DNA from: Octopus vulgaris
Taxonomy: Eukaryota
Direction: 5' to 3'
Length of the DNA: 64,000 nt
Assembly: GCA_951406725.2 (NCBI GenBank)
Contig: OX597820.1
Span: 121,086,001 to 121,150,000, forward strand
The translations under genes and the position numbers were made by a program. Shown one piece after another: positions 27,240-39,569 of this stretch. The notes beneath the pieces were generated by a model. It saw only the letters and a program-made list of their open reading frames with translations, had not been told where the DNA came from and searched no databases. The number at the start of each line of letters is the position of its first letter. Within the stretch, counting starts at the first letter, position 1.

Positions 27240-28900
27240 GACAACTGGTTAACCCTGTGCGCTTATAGCACCGCCCTGGATACCAACCATGGAAATACAT
27301 CCTAGAATCCGTGTCTTTCGAAAAACGCGTTCATCAGTGACCTCAGGTTCTGACACTAAGCTCGAAAAGTCTTTAAATCGGGACCAACCTCAAGAACCTA
27401 TAGCAAACCAAACCAGGGATATTCCCGAAACTGACGCTCAGGATCAACAACCAAACCTAACTCAAAGAAAAAGGACTAAGGAGGAATTTATGAAAGTTAT
27501 GCATGCTTAGTATTATTCAACACTAAACCAAGAAATATCAAACACAAAAAGAGAACTACAATATCTGGAGATGCAAAATCCCGCTTAGAAGGCTATAGTA
27601 GAAGACACTTGCCCAAGGTACCACGCAGTGGAACTGAACCCAGAACCATGTGGTTCGTAAGCAAGCTACTTACCACCCAGCCACAAAGAGCCTAATTGTA
27701 GTAGCCAAGGATGAAGCAATAAAAACAAACAACTTGAGAAAAATATATTTGCTGAGAATATGTCAGAAAAGTGTAGAGCCTGTGGAACATGGAACGAGAC
27801 ACACATTGAGGCAGAATACCACACGTTGGCACAGGAGCAACATAAGAAATGGGGGAACGACCAGGCTGTAAATGTTTTACACTGGGAATTGAGTTAGAAA
27901 TGGGGATTTGAAGATAATTAGGATCTTTTCGGTTTGAACGGCAGAATTTAACGTAATTTCTATGTAACTAAAAAATTGTAAACTTCGTATGCTGGTAGAA
28001 TGTGTTTATAAAACATCTTTTTCTCTTGGCTTTATTGAGAAAATTCTATAGTTTGTGAGATATTTGTTGTTGTTTTTCTTTAATTTCTGCAATTTCAACC
28101 AATCAATGACGTCTATTGAGGTGAAAATATTCTGTGCAGTATGAATATGTCCCTCGTTTAAGAAACATATTGGGTTTATTTACATTTGTGAAGAAAAAAA
28201 CGATACCCTTCCCCCACCCCTAACCCAAGCCCTAACTAACCCTAACCCTAAAACAGATAGAAATACAATAGATCGATTCCAGGTTCATAATTATGGATGA
28301 CAATTTCATATGACACCGCTTGAAAAATTGCTGTTCAAACCGAAAAGATCCGATGGTTACACATGGCAAAGTAATCGAATCGAAAGTGTACTGGAGTCGG
28401 AGAAATGTAAGATTTTGTGGGACTTTTCTATTCAAACGGAAAAGAAGTTAGACAGTAATAGATCGGACTTAATAACAGATAAAGGAACAGCGAAGTTGCT
28501 TACTAATCGACTCATCATAGCCGTCTGTCTGCTTCCAGGATTCAAAAGAAAGAGGTAAAAAAAATCAACAACTGAAAAAATACAATCCTTTAAAATTTGA
28601 AATAGGAAGAAATCGGAGCAAGCGACCAATGAAGGTTACATCTATAATAATTGGTGCCTTGGGAACAGTAAACCAAGATATAGAAAATGGCTGAGTGTGG
28701 AATAAAATGCATGATAGATCGCCAACAGAAAATTTGTCTCGGAGTCAGCAAGGATTATCAGGAGGGTTCTAAGCACTTGAAAGACATCTGAAAAGTTTTG
28801 GATACCCAAGGTTATAGGTAGCAACCCGGAACCCACATAAATTGTACCAGGAATAAGACTGAACCTGAGTCAAACCTATATAATAATAATATTAATAATA
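27240..28900 (+). mobile_element. Internally deleted R4/Dong-like RLE non-LTR retrotransposon with (TAA)n tail
   Basis: LIVVAKDEAIKTN, RICQKSVEPVEH, KILWDFSIQT..LDSNRSDLI (RLE), IIIGALGTV and SARIIRRVLST*. Tail taataataat at ~28880. Interrupted by a SINE-A piece and a MITE. Confidence 0.8.
27921..28351. mobile_element. Merlin-like MITE copy 2
   Basis: Same TIRs. Imperfect 8-bp TSD gataatta/gatggtta. Internal CCCTAA repeats. Confidence 0.88.
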
Positions 28901-28904
28901 TTTT

Positions 28905-29111
28905 CTACAATAGACACAAGGCCTGAAATTTGTGTGGAAGGGACTAGTCGAGTACGTTGACGCCAGTGTTTTACTGGTACTTAATTGATCGAGCCCGAAA
29001 GGATGAAAGACAATGTCGACCTAGGCGGAATTTGAACTCAAAACTTAAACACGGACGAAATGTCGCTAAAGATTCAACCCAGCGTGCTAACGATTTTGTC
29101 AGTTGGCCGCC
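28905..29111 (-). mobile_element. SINE family C relative, diverged
   Basis: cccgaaaggatgaaagacaatgtcgacctaggcggaatttgaactca core and a tRNA-like head at ~29110. Confidence 0.75.
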
Positions 29112-29112
29112 T

Positions 29113-29378
29113 ATAATAATAATGATAATAATAATGATAATGATAATGATAATAATGATGATGATGATGGCGATGATGATGGCGATGATGATGATGATGA
29201 TGATGGCGATGATGATGGCGATGATGGCGATGATGATGATGGTGATGATGGCGATGATGATGATGGCGATGATGATGGCGATGATGATGATGGCGATGAT
29301 GATGGCGATGATGATGATGGCAATGATGATGATGGCGATGATGATGATGGCGATGGTGATGATGATGATGATGATGAT
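29113..29378. repeat. (GAT)n/(GGC)-interrupted trinucleotide repeat
   Basis: Directly visible. Explains the poly-D, poly-M and poly-I ORFs. Confidence 0.95.
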
Positions 29379-30432
29379 TTCTATCTCAGGCACAGGGCTT
29401 CACATTCTGGAGAAGGGAATTGTCAATAATATCGATCTCAATCTTCGATTAGCATGTTTTACATAGACTCAATTAGAAAAGATTATCTTGGCAGGAGTTG
29501 AACTTAAAAACTAGGAGCCAAAATATGAGTGCAACTATTTCGTTCGACGTTCTTGCGTTTCTTCCAATCCGCTACAATCAATACGACAATAAAAGCATTT
29601 TACTCTTTATTTATTATTTCTTTATTATGGTTATTTTGTTATTATATCCACAAACCCATTTATTATTTTTTATTATTATTATATCGGGATAAGTTTATGG
29701 CGTCGCATAAAATGTATGTCATGTTTGATGAAGGGAGGGGGAGCGTGTGTGTGTATGAATGTATATATATATATATATATATTTATTATAGAATGCACTG
29801 CTCGACCGTCACATCAGACATTTCATATGCCACGTTTCTGTATCTGTGTAATTCATATTTTTAAGAGATATGTTTATTCATATGCAGACGTACTTATTAT
29901 ATACAGGGGGCACACGGCTGGTACACACACACACACACACACACTCACACATTTGAATAACTGTTGTGCAGACGACAATGGCCTACGGTCGCCATAACTG
30001 TCAAAATGAGAGAAGGGTTGGTGGATGTGGTGGTCGTGTGGAGGGGGTTACCGAGCGTAGATGTCATGCCTCTCCATTATAAATCAAATATAAATTAGTT
30101 TGCTATTTATACACAAAGACCTACCTACATAAAAAGAGTGTTAATCTGTATTGTTATCAACCATACCTTTACTTTCTATACCACGCGTTCTCTCTCTCTC
30201 TCTATCCTTCTAATATATGCGTCTACGTGTGCCTGTATCTATTTATCTCGTAACGCACAAGTAAATATACACATACTCAACTACACACACACACGCACAC
30301 ACACGCGTAACTATACACATGCGCGCATGCGTTCTTTACGCGCCCAAAGGCCTTGTACCGTCTCTGTGGCTTACCTCATTACTTACAATACTCCTTTGTT
30401 CGCTAATAAAAATATGATTGACGCTAACAGTA

Positions 30433-30800
30433 CTCTCTCTTCCCCCTCTTTCTCTCTCTTCCCCCCCTCCTCTCTTCCCCCTCTTTCTCTCTCTTCCCCC
30501 TCTTTCTCTCACTTCCCCCTCTTTCTCTCACTTCCCCCTCTTTCTCTCACTTCTCCCTCTCTCTTCCTCCTCTCTATTTCCCCCTCTCTCTCCATTTCCC
30601 CTCTCTCCCCGTTTCCCCTTCTCTCTCCCCATTTCCCTCTCTCTCTCTCCCCATTTCCTCTCTCTCTCTCTCTCCATTTCCCCCTCTCTCTCTCTCTATT
30701 CCCCCTCTCTCTCTCCATGTCCATTCTCTCTCTCTCCATTTCCATTCTCTCTCTCTCTCTCCATTCCCACTCTTTCCCTCTCTCTCTCTCTCTCTCTCCC
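30433..30800. repeat. CT-rich low-complexity tract
   Basis: Directly visible. Similar tracts at 36120-36520 and 37830-38400. Confidence 0.9.
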
Positions 30801-30854
30801 ATTTTTCTATCTCAAATATATTTTCTATTGAACGAATTTAATTTTCGGCATAGA

Positions 30855-31237
30855 CAGTAGCACCTCACTGTACGAGTGCACCATTGTACGAGTAATTTGC
30901 TGTACAAGCCGAGATTCATGCGAATTATTGTCTTGAAGTACGAGCAGAAATCCGCAATACGAGCACACAAATTGTCCCACTTTTAAGATAATTCTCTTAA
31001 TAAAACCAGTTTATTTATTTCTTTTGCATTCTCTTTTTTATAATTGTTATTTTACTTCTAATTACACTTATTTCTGCTTTAAAACCCATAAAAAAGTATT
31101 TATGACTGTTCGGGGGTGGGGCGAACGGATTATTTATATTTTAGTTGATTTCAAGGTGGAAAATTGATTTGTAAAACGAGTAAATCGTAGGAAGAGCTCG
31201 GTCATGGAACAAACTAAACCCGTGCTGCGAGATATCA
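30855..31237. mobile_element. Decayed pogo/Tigger-like MITE
   Basis: Ends cagtagcacctcactgtacgag... and ...cccgtgctgcgagatatca resemble Tigger-type CAGTnnnnCCTCG TIRs. Confidence 0.45.
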
Positions 31238-31256
31238 TATATATATATTCTAGCAA

Positions 31257-31301
31257 AAACTGTCCGATGAACGGCAACGGGAAACTCAGAGTAACCGGTT
31301 T
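31257..31301 (+). ncRNA. Variant minimal hammerhead-like motif (CCGATGA core)
   Basis: aaactgt-CCGATGA-acggcaacgg-GAAA-CTC a GAG-TA-accggttt. It lies in a ~150-bp element between TA runs whose terminus matches 1506-1577. Confidence 0.5.
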
Positions 31302-31399
31302 CGTTGAATTTTCTGCTGCTTTAAATAAAGCATATTACTCTACCACTGGTATTTGAGTACTCTTTTTTCCACCTTGTTTCACATTTATGTGTTTACTCC

Positions 31400-31478
<79 letters not shown>

Positions 31479-31483
<5 letters not shown>

Positions 31484-31855
31484 CTAATATTTGAGGGAAT
31501 AAAATTCAAAACTTACAAGGAAAAAAAATTCAATTTAGAAGTACTAAATCAAATTTCACACAATATAATACATATATATAAAAAATTAGAAAAAAACCTA
31601 CATTTTATCAATTTAAAATGAATAATTAAATTACACCATCCAGAAAATTACATATAATAGAAATATTAACATTAAAATAACAATAAAATGTCAAAGATTA
31701 AGTAAATTGCAAAAAAAAAAATTACTTAATCTTTGACATTTTATTGTTATTTTAATGTTAGTATTTCTATTATATGTAATTTTCTGGATGGTGTAATTTA
31801 ATTGTTCTTTTCGAATTAATAAAAGGTGGGTTTTTTTTCTAATTTTATATATATA
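31479..31855. mobile_element. AT-rich foldback of the 313-family terminus
   Basis: ~135-bp arms at 31573-31706 and 31719-31855. 31479-31570 is homologous to 313-400. TA runs on both sides. Confidence 0.75.
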
Positions 31856-32235
31856 CTAGCAGTATCGCCCGGCGTTGCTCGGGTTTGTAAGGGAAATATC
31901 TATATAAGCATTTTTAGAGATATAAAGTATAATAGCCATCTCAATATGGCTAACCACAAAGGGGGGGAGTGTTACTGTAGCTTTTAACGTTCTGAGATTT
32001 AATAATAAATTTTTAGAGAGTTACTTCTCTTATATATGCCAAAAATGCATTAAAAATGGGAAAAATTGATGGTAATTTTTTTAAAACGTAGACTCATTGT
32101 AGACGCGCGCTAATACCCAGAAGGGCTCGATATGAATCACGACTATAAGACACCCGGTTTTGGTTAAACTGCACCGCAAAATGTGGGAGTAGTTAGGAAT
32201 CTAAATCGTAGGAGACAGACAACACACAACCTCAC
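31856..32235 (-). mobile_element. Non-autonomous Helitron, 3' part
   Basis: The minus strand ends with hairpin cccgagcaacgccggg followed by CTAG|T at 31856-31859, the canonical Helitron 3' end. Confidence 0.75.
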
Positions 32236-32332
32236 CTGTGTGTGTTTCGGTTGAATAAAGTTAAATCTTGGTCTGGTTTTCACATGTTTTATCTTAACAT
32301 TTAAAAAGCATATTTTGTAATGTTCATAAATT

Positions 32333-32374
32333 GAAATTAGCACTTTCATACATTTGTAGTAATCATCAGATTTC
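32333..32374 (-). ncRNA. Minimal type I hammerhead motif
   Basis: Minus strand: gaaat-CTGATGA-ttactacaaatgtat-GAAA-G tg C-TA-atttc. Stem I is perfect. It lies in the left arm of the 32252-32583 foldback. Confidence 0.6.
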
Positions 32375-32456
32375 GAATGTGTTTAACTGACAGTTGAGTT
32401 CTTGACAACTTTAGAATGCTCCAACAAGCTGAATCTTTAAAATACCTTCCTGACTT

Positions 32457-32495
32457 GAAATCTGATGAGTACACTATGTATGAAAGCGTTGATTT
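32457..32495 (+). ncRNA. Mirror hammerhead motif in the right arm of the foldback (cleavage triplet mutated)
   Basis: gaaat-CTGATGA-gtaca cta tgtat-GAAA-gcg ttg-attt. Stem II is intact but the triplet is UUG. Confidence 0.5.
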
Positions 32496-32619
32496 AACTT
32501 TATGAACATTACAAAATAATATTTTAAATGTAAAAATACCAAAATAAAAGGCATGAAAACCAGACCATGTTTTAACTTTATTCTATACACATTCACACAA
32601 ATTCGAATATATTTCTATA

Positions 32620-32665
<46 letters not shown>

Positions 32666-32931
32666 AATAAGATCGTTATTTAAAATACCGATCATATCAA
32701 GTGTTTCGACGGAACGCATTTATCCAAGAATACAGGTATTTGATTATGCAACTGTTTGTTTACATAATGAAATCTAGATGTGTTTCCTCAGGCGATATAC
32801 CAATGTTGTCTCCGTAAGTTTAAAATCGTCTGCGAAAGCGCGTTTGTCGGACTGCTATGAATGGTAGTAAATGGTACAGGCCTGGTGTTTAAATGAGATT
32901 GGTTTTCTCTTTGTTTATATCTCTGGTCTGT

Positions 32932-32978
<47 letters not shown>

Positions 32979-33439
32979 TGCTTTTATTTTATGCCTGTAA
33001 ATGTGTAAACGTGCTAGCCACCTTGTTATTAGCATTAACAACGGTAATAATACTTTTTTTATTTAAAATGTACTGGCTCACGATAGATTTGTTTTAGATG
33101 AGGTGGGTATGCTGAAAGAAAAGAACCCACACGGGGTGATGTTACAAATATTTCAGAAATATATATAAAAAATGTTACAATTTATATTAAAATATACGTT
33201 CCTTACTTATGCATTCCACGCAAGATAAGCCCGTTTCTCCTATGTTCATTACATTGCCCGTACGTAATTTAATAGTGAGTTGCTGGTGGTTTGGGAACGA
33301 TGGCTCCGATTAGAGCAAATAATATTTAAATACCCTATTGAACCTAAATTTAACTTATATTTTGCCTGTAAAGTTGTAAACTTGCTAGTCACCTTGTCAT
33401 TAATAACGGCAATAATACTTCTTATATTTATATTTTTTT

Positions 33440-33613
33440 CTCTTCTTTTTTTCTCTCCTTTCTTCTCTCCTTGTTTTTTCTTTCTCCCTTTCTGTAGAAG
33501 AGTGTAGGCTCGAAACGTAAAAGACTTTTACTATTCATGAGCGTTATACTAATACATCTGTTTGTTTTGTACACCACCTGTCTTCGTCTTTTGTTTTTCC
33601 GTAAACTCTCCCT
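33440..33613 (+). mobile_element. ~170-bp TA-adjacent element with variant hammerhead (CTGTAGAA core), copy 1
   Basis: cttt-CTGTAGAA-gagt gtag gctc-GAAACGTA-aaag at 33488-33523. Homologous to 46755-46912 and 54700-54870. Confidence 0.75.
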
Positions 33614-33863
33614 ATATATATATATATATATAATGTTTGGTAAGTTTAAGGAAAGAAGTCCTATAAAACTCATCAATTTACTTAAAACTGGAGAAGACAA
33701 GTTGTTGAAATATATAAGAGAATTTTAATTCCTGCAGACAATTATAGTTAATATCCAACACGATTTACATCTCATTCTCACAAGGATAAACATATGAATC
33801 TCCTAGATTCAATTCTTCTGGTATATTCTTTCTCAAGTTCATTGAAACGTTGTTTAAACTTCC

Positions 33864-33970
33864 TGCACTGAAGAGTACAATGATATACATAATCGAATTA
33901 ATTTAATCTGATTCAATCCGACCATGGATTTGCATTATTTTTATATCTCTGTACGAAACGATCGTCTGCA
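33864..33970 (+). ncRNA. Type I hammerhead ribozyme motif
   Basis: tgca-CTGAAGA(33868-74)-gtaca...tgtac-GAAA(33955-58)-C gatc G-TC-tgca, with a GUC triplet. It lies inside inverted arms 33632-33743 and 33961-34071. Confidence 0.88.
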
Positions 33971-34198
33971 AGAATTAAAATTCTCTTATATCTTTTAACA
34001 ACTTGTCTTCTCCATTTTAAACCAAATTAATAAGTTTTATGGGACTACATTCCATAAATTCACCATACATCATATACACGTATTACTTTCATATCTTCGC
34101 AAATTTATGCCCGTAAACTGCGAGCAAAATATGAAGAATCAGCATTAGAAATCTGTTTTGGAAACCTCCAAATTAAAGAACGAATCTATGTTCGACCT

Positions 34199-34535
34199 GC
34201 GCATGGCTCAGTGGTTAGAGCGTCGAGCTTACGATCGTGAGGTTGTGAGCTCGAATCCCGGACCGGGCTGCGTGTTGTGTTCTCGAGCAAGGCACTTTAT
34301 TTCACGTTGCTCCAGTTCACTCAGCTGTAGAAATGAGTTGCGACGTCACTGGTGCCAAGCTGTATCGACCTTTGTCTTTCCCTTGGATAACACTGGTGGC
34401 GTGGAGAGGGGAGGCTGGTATGCATGGGCGACTGCTGGCCTTCCATAAACAACCTTGCCCGGACTTGTATCTAGGAAGGTAACTTTCTAGGTGCAATCCC
34501 ATGGTCATTCATGACCGAAGGGGGTCTTTACCCTT
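34199..34535 (+). mobile_element. tRNA-derived SINE family D
   Basis: TGGCTCAGTGG A box, gctcgaatcc B box and CORE-like gagcaaggcacttt...cagctgtagaaatg segment. Confidence 0.9.
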
Positions 34536-34549
34536 TATATATATAAGAA

Positions 34550-35510
34550 AGGAGATCCCAAAAAGTGCGTATGCACATTGGCAGATTATAAAGTCAGTGT
34601 TTATTAAAATACATTTCATTTTCTAAATTTTATTGAACCTATAGACAAATTAATTTTTGTTTGTTTATGAACTGTTCTTGTCCTGACCCTACTGAGTAGA
34701 CAAAGCAATGGAATCGCTTCTGTATTTGTGTTCATTCTCGTTCAATGGCTGCCACATCTAGACATTGTTGTATTCCCATAATATGTCTAGAGGTGTTATA
34801 TCCGATGAACACAGAGGTTATTCTTCTGAATGTCTTGTTTGACAAAATCCAATGAAGGTCGGTCTTACATTATCATAGTACTGTTTGGATGCCCCATCTT
34901 GCGGCAGATATCTCCTCCTCATCATATTCCTCTTAAATGTTTGGCGTAACAGATTGTCGCAACAAGTTAAAATAATGAAATTAATAACGCTACCGCTAAA
35001 AAATAATTAATTAATCCCTTTGATGACAAGCTCCACGCTATTGTAACTCTTCATAAATTAACATGATGTTCTTAGGTAACATACAGATTCTCCTCACTCC
35101 AAGCAATTTTTGTTGGACAGTGTTCATCTTCTACACATCTTGACAAGTACCAGTCGCAAAACACTAATCTTCGTCGGATCATCTCCTTAGAGAGTATGGT
35201 CACTTCTTGGAATGTGACTTTTGCAATGACAACACTTCACAATGTGATGGATGCTTCATCTTGAAATTTCTATCCCACGATTCCCTTCACGCACAGATTT
35301 TCAGGAAATTTGGCAAAAGTTTTTCAATATCATTCGTTGATTTGTGGACCTCACAGCTGTAGGCTGTCTTTCGTAACCTTTTCTGTGGACATTCTAAACA
35401 GTTCCATCTGCTTCAAAATTATCTTCGACTGCCTTTCTAAACTTCCAGTAGCACTTTGTTCAAAGCTTAGTTTGACTTCCTTCATTATTTCTAAGAAATT
35501 GAGTTTAAAA
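34550..35510 (-). pseudogene. Decayed Tc1/mariner-superfamily transposase
   Basis: Minus-strand translation gives [23 protein letters not shown] and PLCSSDITPLDILW, matching the QQDGAPxH and WPPRSPDLTPLD motifs. Confidence 0.7.
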
Positions 35511-35513
35511 AGA

Positions 35514-35840
35514 AATTCCACATGAGTCGTCTTTTCCTCTCTAACTAATTGGTAAAATATAATACTAGAAATACGATCACTCGCACAAACACAATGAGCA
35601 CCATAACAAGAGTGACGATGATACAATCCAGGAGTCTCTATGTGGTCAAACAATCTAATAATTAACAATGAAATTGTCGTCAATTGTCTCATTAACATCT
35701 TTGAACGTAACTGTTAATTAATATTGCTTTAGATTGACAATATCTGAAAATAAGAGATAGCAAGACAATGGTAAGAAATGTCTTTATAGATATTCCCTAT
35801 CAGGGTTAACTCGAAGCTAAACAGCAAGCACGTCGGATTA
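35514..35840. repeat. Unclassified ~330-bp interspersed repeat, copy 1
   Basis: Nearly identical to 39570-40226 once the SINE-B insert is removed. Confidence 0.9.
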
Positions 35841-36199
35841 TCCATTGTTAAACTCTGTATATATACTTTTGGAGGCCTGCTATACACATTCTAACACATA
35901 TTTGTTTTGCACCCCTCCCACCTTGTCTCAGTGTTTGTTTTGCTATCTGAAGGTTGGTCTTGACGTCGGAGGTGTTTCTCCAATCGGGGCCTCATTACAG
36001 CCATTAAATTCTCTTCAGTCGCTTTTAGAAGTTCTCACATTTTAGTTTTCTCTCACAAAACTTCATCAATTACTGATTTAACATACATAAATATTTGCTC
36101 AAACATTGCATATTACATCATTCTTTCTACCTCTCATTCTCTCTCTCTCACTTTCTCACTCTCTCTCTCTCTCTCTCTCTCTCACAAGCACACACTATT

Positions 36200-36247
<48 letters not shown>

Positions 36248-37075
36248 ACTTTCAGCCACACACACTTTTTTATGATCTTCTTTTCTGTCGCCCTCTTTTG
36301 TTCTCTCTCTCTCTCTTCCTCCCTCTTCCTGATTCATTCACTCCCTTTCTCTCTCTCTCTCTCTCTCTTTCATTCTCTCTTTCTGTCTTTCTGCCTATCT
36401 CTCTCTTTCATTCTCTCCATTTTCTCTCACGTTCGTTCTTTCTCTCTCACAGACACCCTCTCCCCCTCTCACTCACTCACCCACTCTTTCTCTCTCTCTC
36501 TCCCACCACACCCTCCTTGATTTTCTAAATAAATACGTTTAATAAATATGTTTTTCTTTTCTGGCTCGACTTTACTCGCTCAGTCTCATCATTTTGCCAT
36601 CTTCGTCTGCTCCTTATTTCCTCCGTATCTCTCACTCTTTATTCTTTCTAATTATTATCTGAGACTTGCTATTCTATTATAATACCATTTATGTCTAGAA
36701 CCCATTATGACAATATTAAATCGGCTCCACCACGAGGCATGCACTTTATTTTCTCAACAACAGACTAATACAGAAAGTTCACTTTGACATCACATCGATG
36801 TGAACTCAAAACGATATTTCTACAGACGTTCGTCCCACATTACTTTACACCCGGTGTGTATGTGTGTGTGTGTGTGTGTGTGCCTGTGAGCGTATATGCA
36901 TATACATGTAGGTCTATATACATAAAAATGCTATATATATATATACACACATAGAAACTTACTTGGAGGATAAGAAACGACGCGAGGCGCTCAGTCATAT
37001 AACAATTTAATAAATAAAACATATGCATACATACATACATATATGTACATACCTACATCTATATGTATATATACA

Positions 37076-37117
<42 letters not shown>

Positions 37118-37858
37118 TACATGACACCACAAATAAACGTAGAACACAACGAGAAACGAAAAGATAAAAGCAAACAAGGAAACGGACTTTTTTTAAAAAC
37201 GAAAAAACAGAGTTGTATATATACTCTTTTACTCTTTTACTTGTTTCAGCCATCCGGCTGAGGCCATGCTGGGGCACCGCCATGTATATAGAGGGTGCCT
37301 TATAAGGAGAATAATTTTATACGCAAATAACTAGAACTAAAACAAGCACATTTATCCAGGTAATATTTAAATGTGTCCCTGTATACACACACGAAAACAC
37401 AAGCAACCCCCACCCCACACACACACACACTCTCTCACTTATACTCAGTCAAAGGTACATATAAACATATATACACTCATTAAAGTATCTCACAACAAGC
37501 AAATCAGAATCTGTGGAAGTATATCATACATGAAACGGAGAAAGCACAAATCGTCGACATGATTGGGAGATGTCATTGGTTTAATATTCAAAACATGTCA
37601 AAGACAGACACATGTAAGGAGAGAATGAAATATGGCAATCGGGCCCTTCGAAAATATTGAAAGTCACACTATACATACATACATACATACGTACATACGT
37701 ACATGCATATATAATCATAATATATATATATATATATACACACATATATATATCTATGCATATTTCATTCACTCTTATTTACTATATACCTCAATTGCAG
37801 CCTCTCTTTAATTACATACCACTTTAACTCAAATTCCTTCTCTCTTTCACTCCCTTTT

Positions 37859-37897
<39 letters not shown>

Positions 37898-38351
37898 CTG
37901 TCTCTTCCTCCTCTTTCCCTTCCCCCACTTTCCCTTTCCCCTCTCTCTTCCCCGCTCTCTCTTCCCCTCTCTCTTCTACCCTCTCTCTCTTCCTCTCTCT
38001 CTCTCTCTTCTACCCTCTCTCTTCTTCTCTCTCTCCCCCTCTCTCTTACCCCTCTCTCCCCCTCTATCTTACCCCTCTATCTTACCCCTCTCTCTTCCCC
38101 TCTCTCTCTTCTACCCTCTCTCTCTTCCCCTCTCTCTCTTCCCCCTCTCACTTCCCCCTTTCTCCCCCTCTTCCCCTCTCTCTGATTGTGTTTGTTCAAC
38201 ATATTTTCCTACATTTATTTCACAACGCTTGTCCCTCATTTTCTTCTCCTTCTCCTCACTACCCCTTCTATTCCGTCTATTTTCTATCTGCGCCTTTCTC
38301 TCTATAACCACCTAAACTTCTCTCTTCCTCCTGCTCCTTCTTCCCCTTTCT

Positions 38352-38396
<45 letters not shown>

Positions 38397-39569
38397 CTCC
38401 ATCATTCTGTCCACCCAGATCCTCTTTGTATTCTAATCACTACTTCAAGTAATGCATTGCTCCTTAATTTAATCTCCTAACCTCACCCCACCCCCTCGCC
38501 ACCAACAACATTTGCACTTCATGCTATTGCACCCTATAACACCTCACACACACACACCTCACACACACTCGCAATTTCTAGAATGCTCCTTTCCCTTGCA
38601 TACCAACTTTCTCCACCCTGCTTTGCACATTTCACTGCATACCTTATGATCATTCAACCGTGACAATTTAACAACAACAGTGATCAGATCGAGCTACAAT
38701 TTACACTCCTTTCACCGATTCTGGATTCTTCACTTGCATTCTTACATACTCACTCTTGCTTTCTCACCCTCTCTCTCTCTCTCACCCCATCACTCTGTCT
38801 CCGTTTTTTTTTCTGTCTGTCTCCTTGTCTCTCCCCCCTCTCGAAATCTCTTCATATATTTCTACCCAAACCCTTGCACTGCTGTTGTCTATAATCATTT
38901 TTCTTCCTTAACTACTCTTTCTCCATATTGTTTTCATACTTTTAACACCAACACCACAAACAACACCCGATCCAAAGGGAGAACTTCTACGTGGTCGTCT
39001 AATCTGTTAAAAATAACAGACACATCTTCTTTCAATCAAATTCTATTGTTTTGAAAACCAGAGCCATTAGATAATGTTTTACTTTTTATATTTCCTTCCA
39101 CATTACAAATAAACGGGATGGCCACATTCGAAATGCTTTTGATCACAGGTCTGCTCCATCAGAGCTCTTCTAGTATTAGACACAACGGCCACAATTGAAA
39201 CTAGCCTCATCTCCGCCACAAACACACACAAAACAACAAACACCATCTCATCAGAGAAACCAACACAGGCAGGAATATTCCAAGAGATGTTACTGTCTAC
39301 ACGACGCAAACAACACAGCGAAATGGCAGAATTATTAGAATATCAGCGGGGTACCTAACTGTGTTCGTTGGAGCACTTTATGTCCTGAAATGTTGGGAGA
39401 TAGACTTCATCTGCCACTGGTTTAACACCTTGGTGACCCCACCTTAGTGCCACCGTTATGGTACTTTTAAGAGATTTCGTTGTCTAGCAAACATTCGGGC
39501 CTGACCTCTCTGTTTCGAGGATAACTTCTATCTTCCTTTTTCCAACAACCTCAGCGGATCTATATGACT

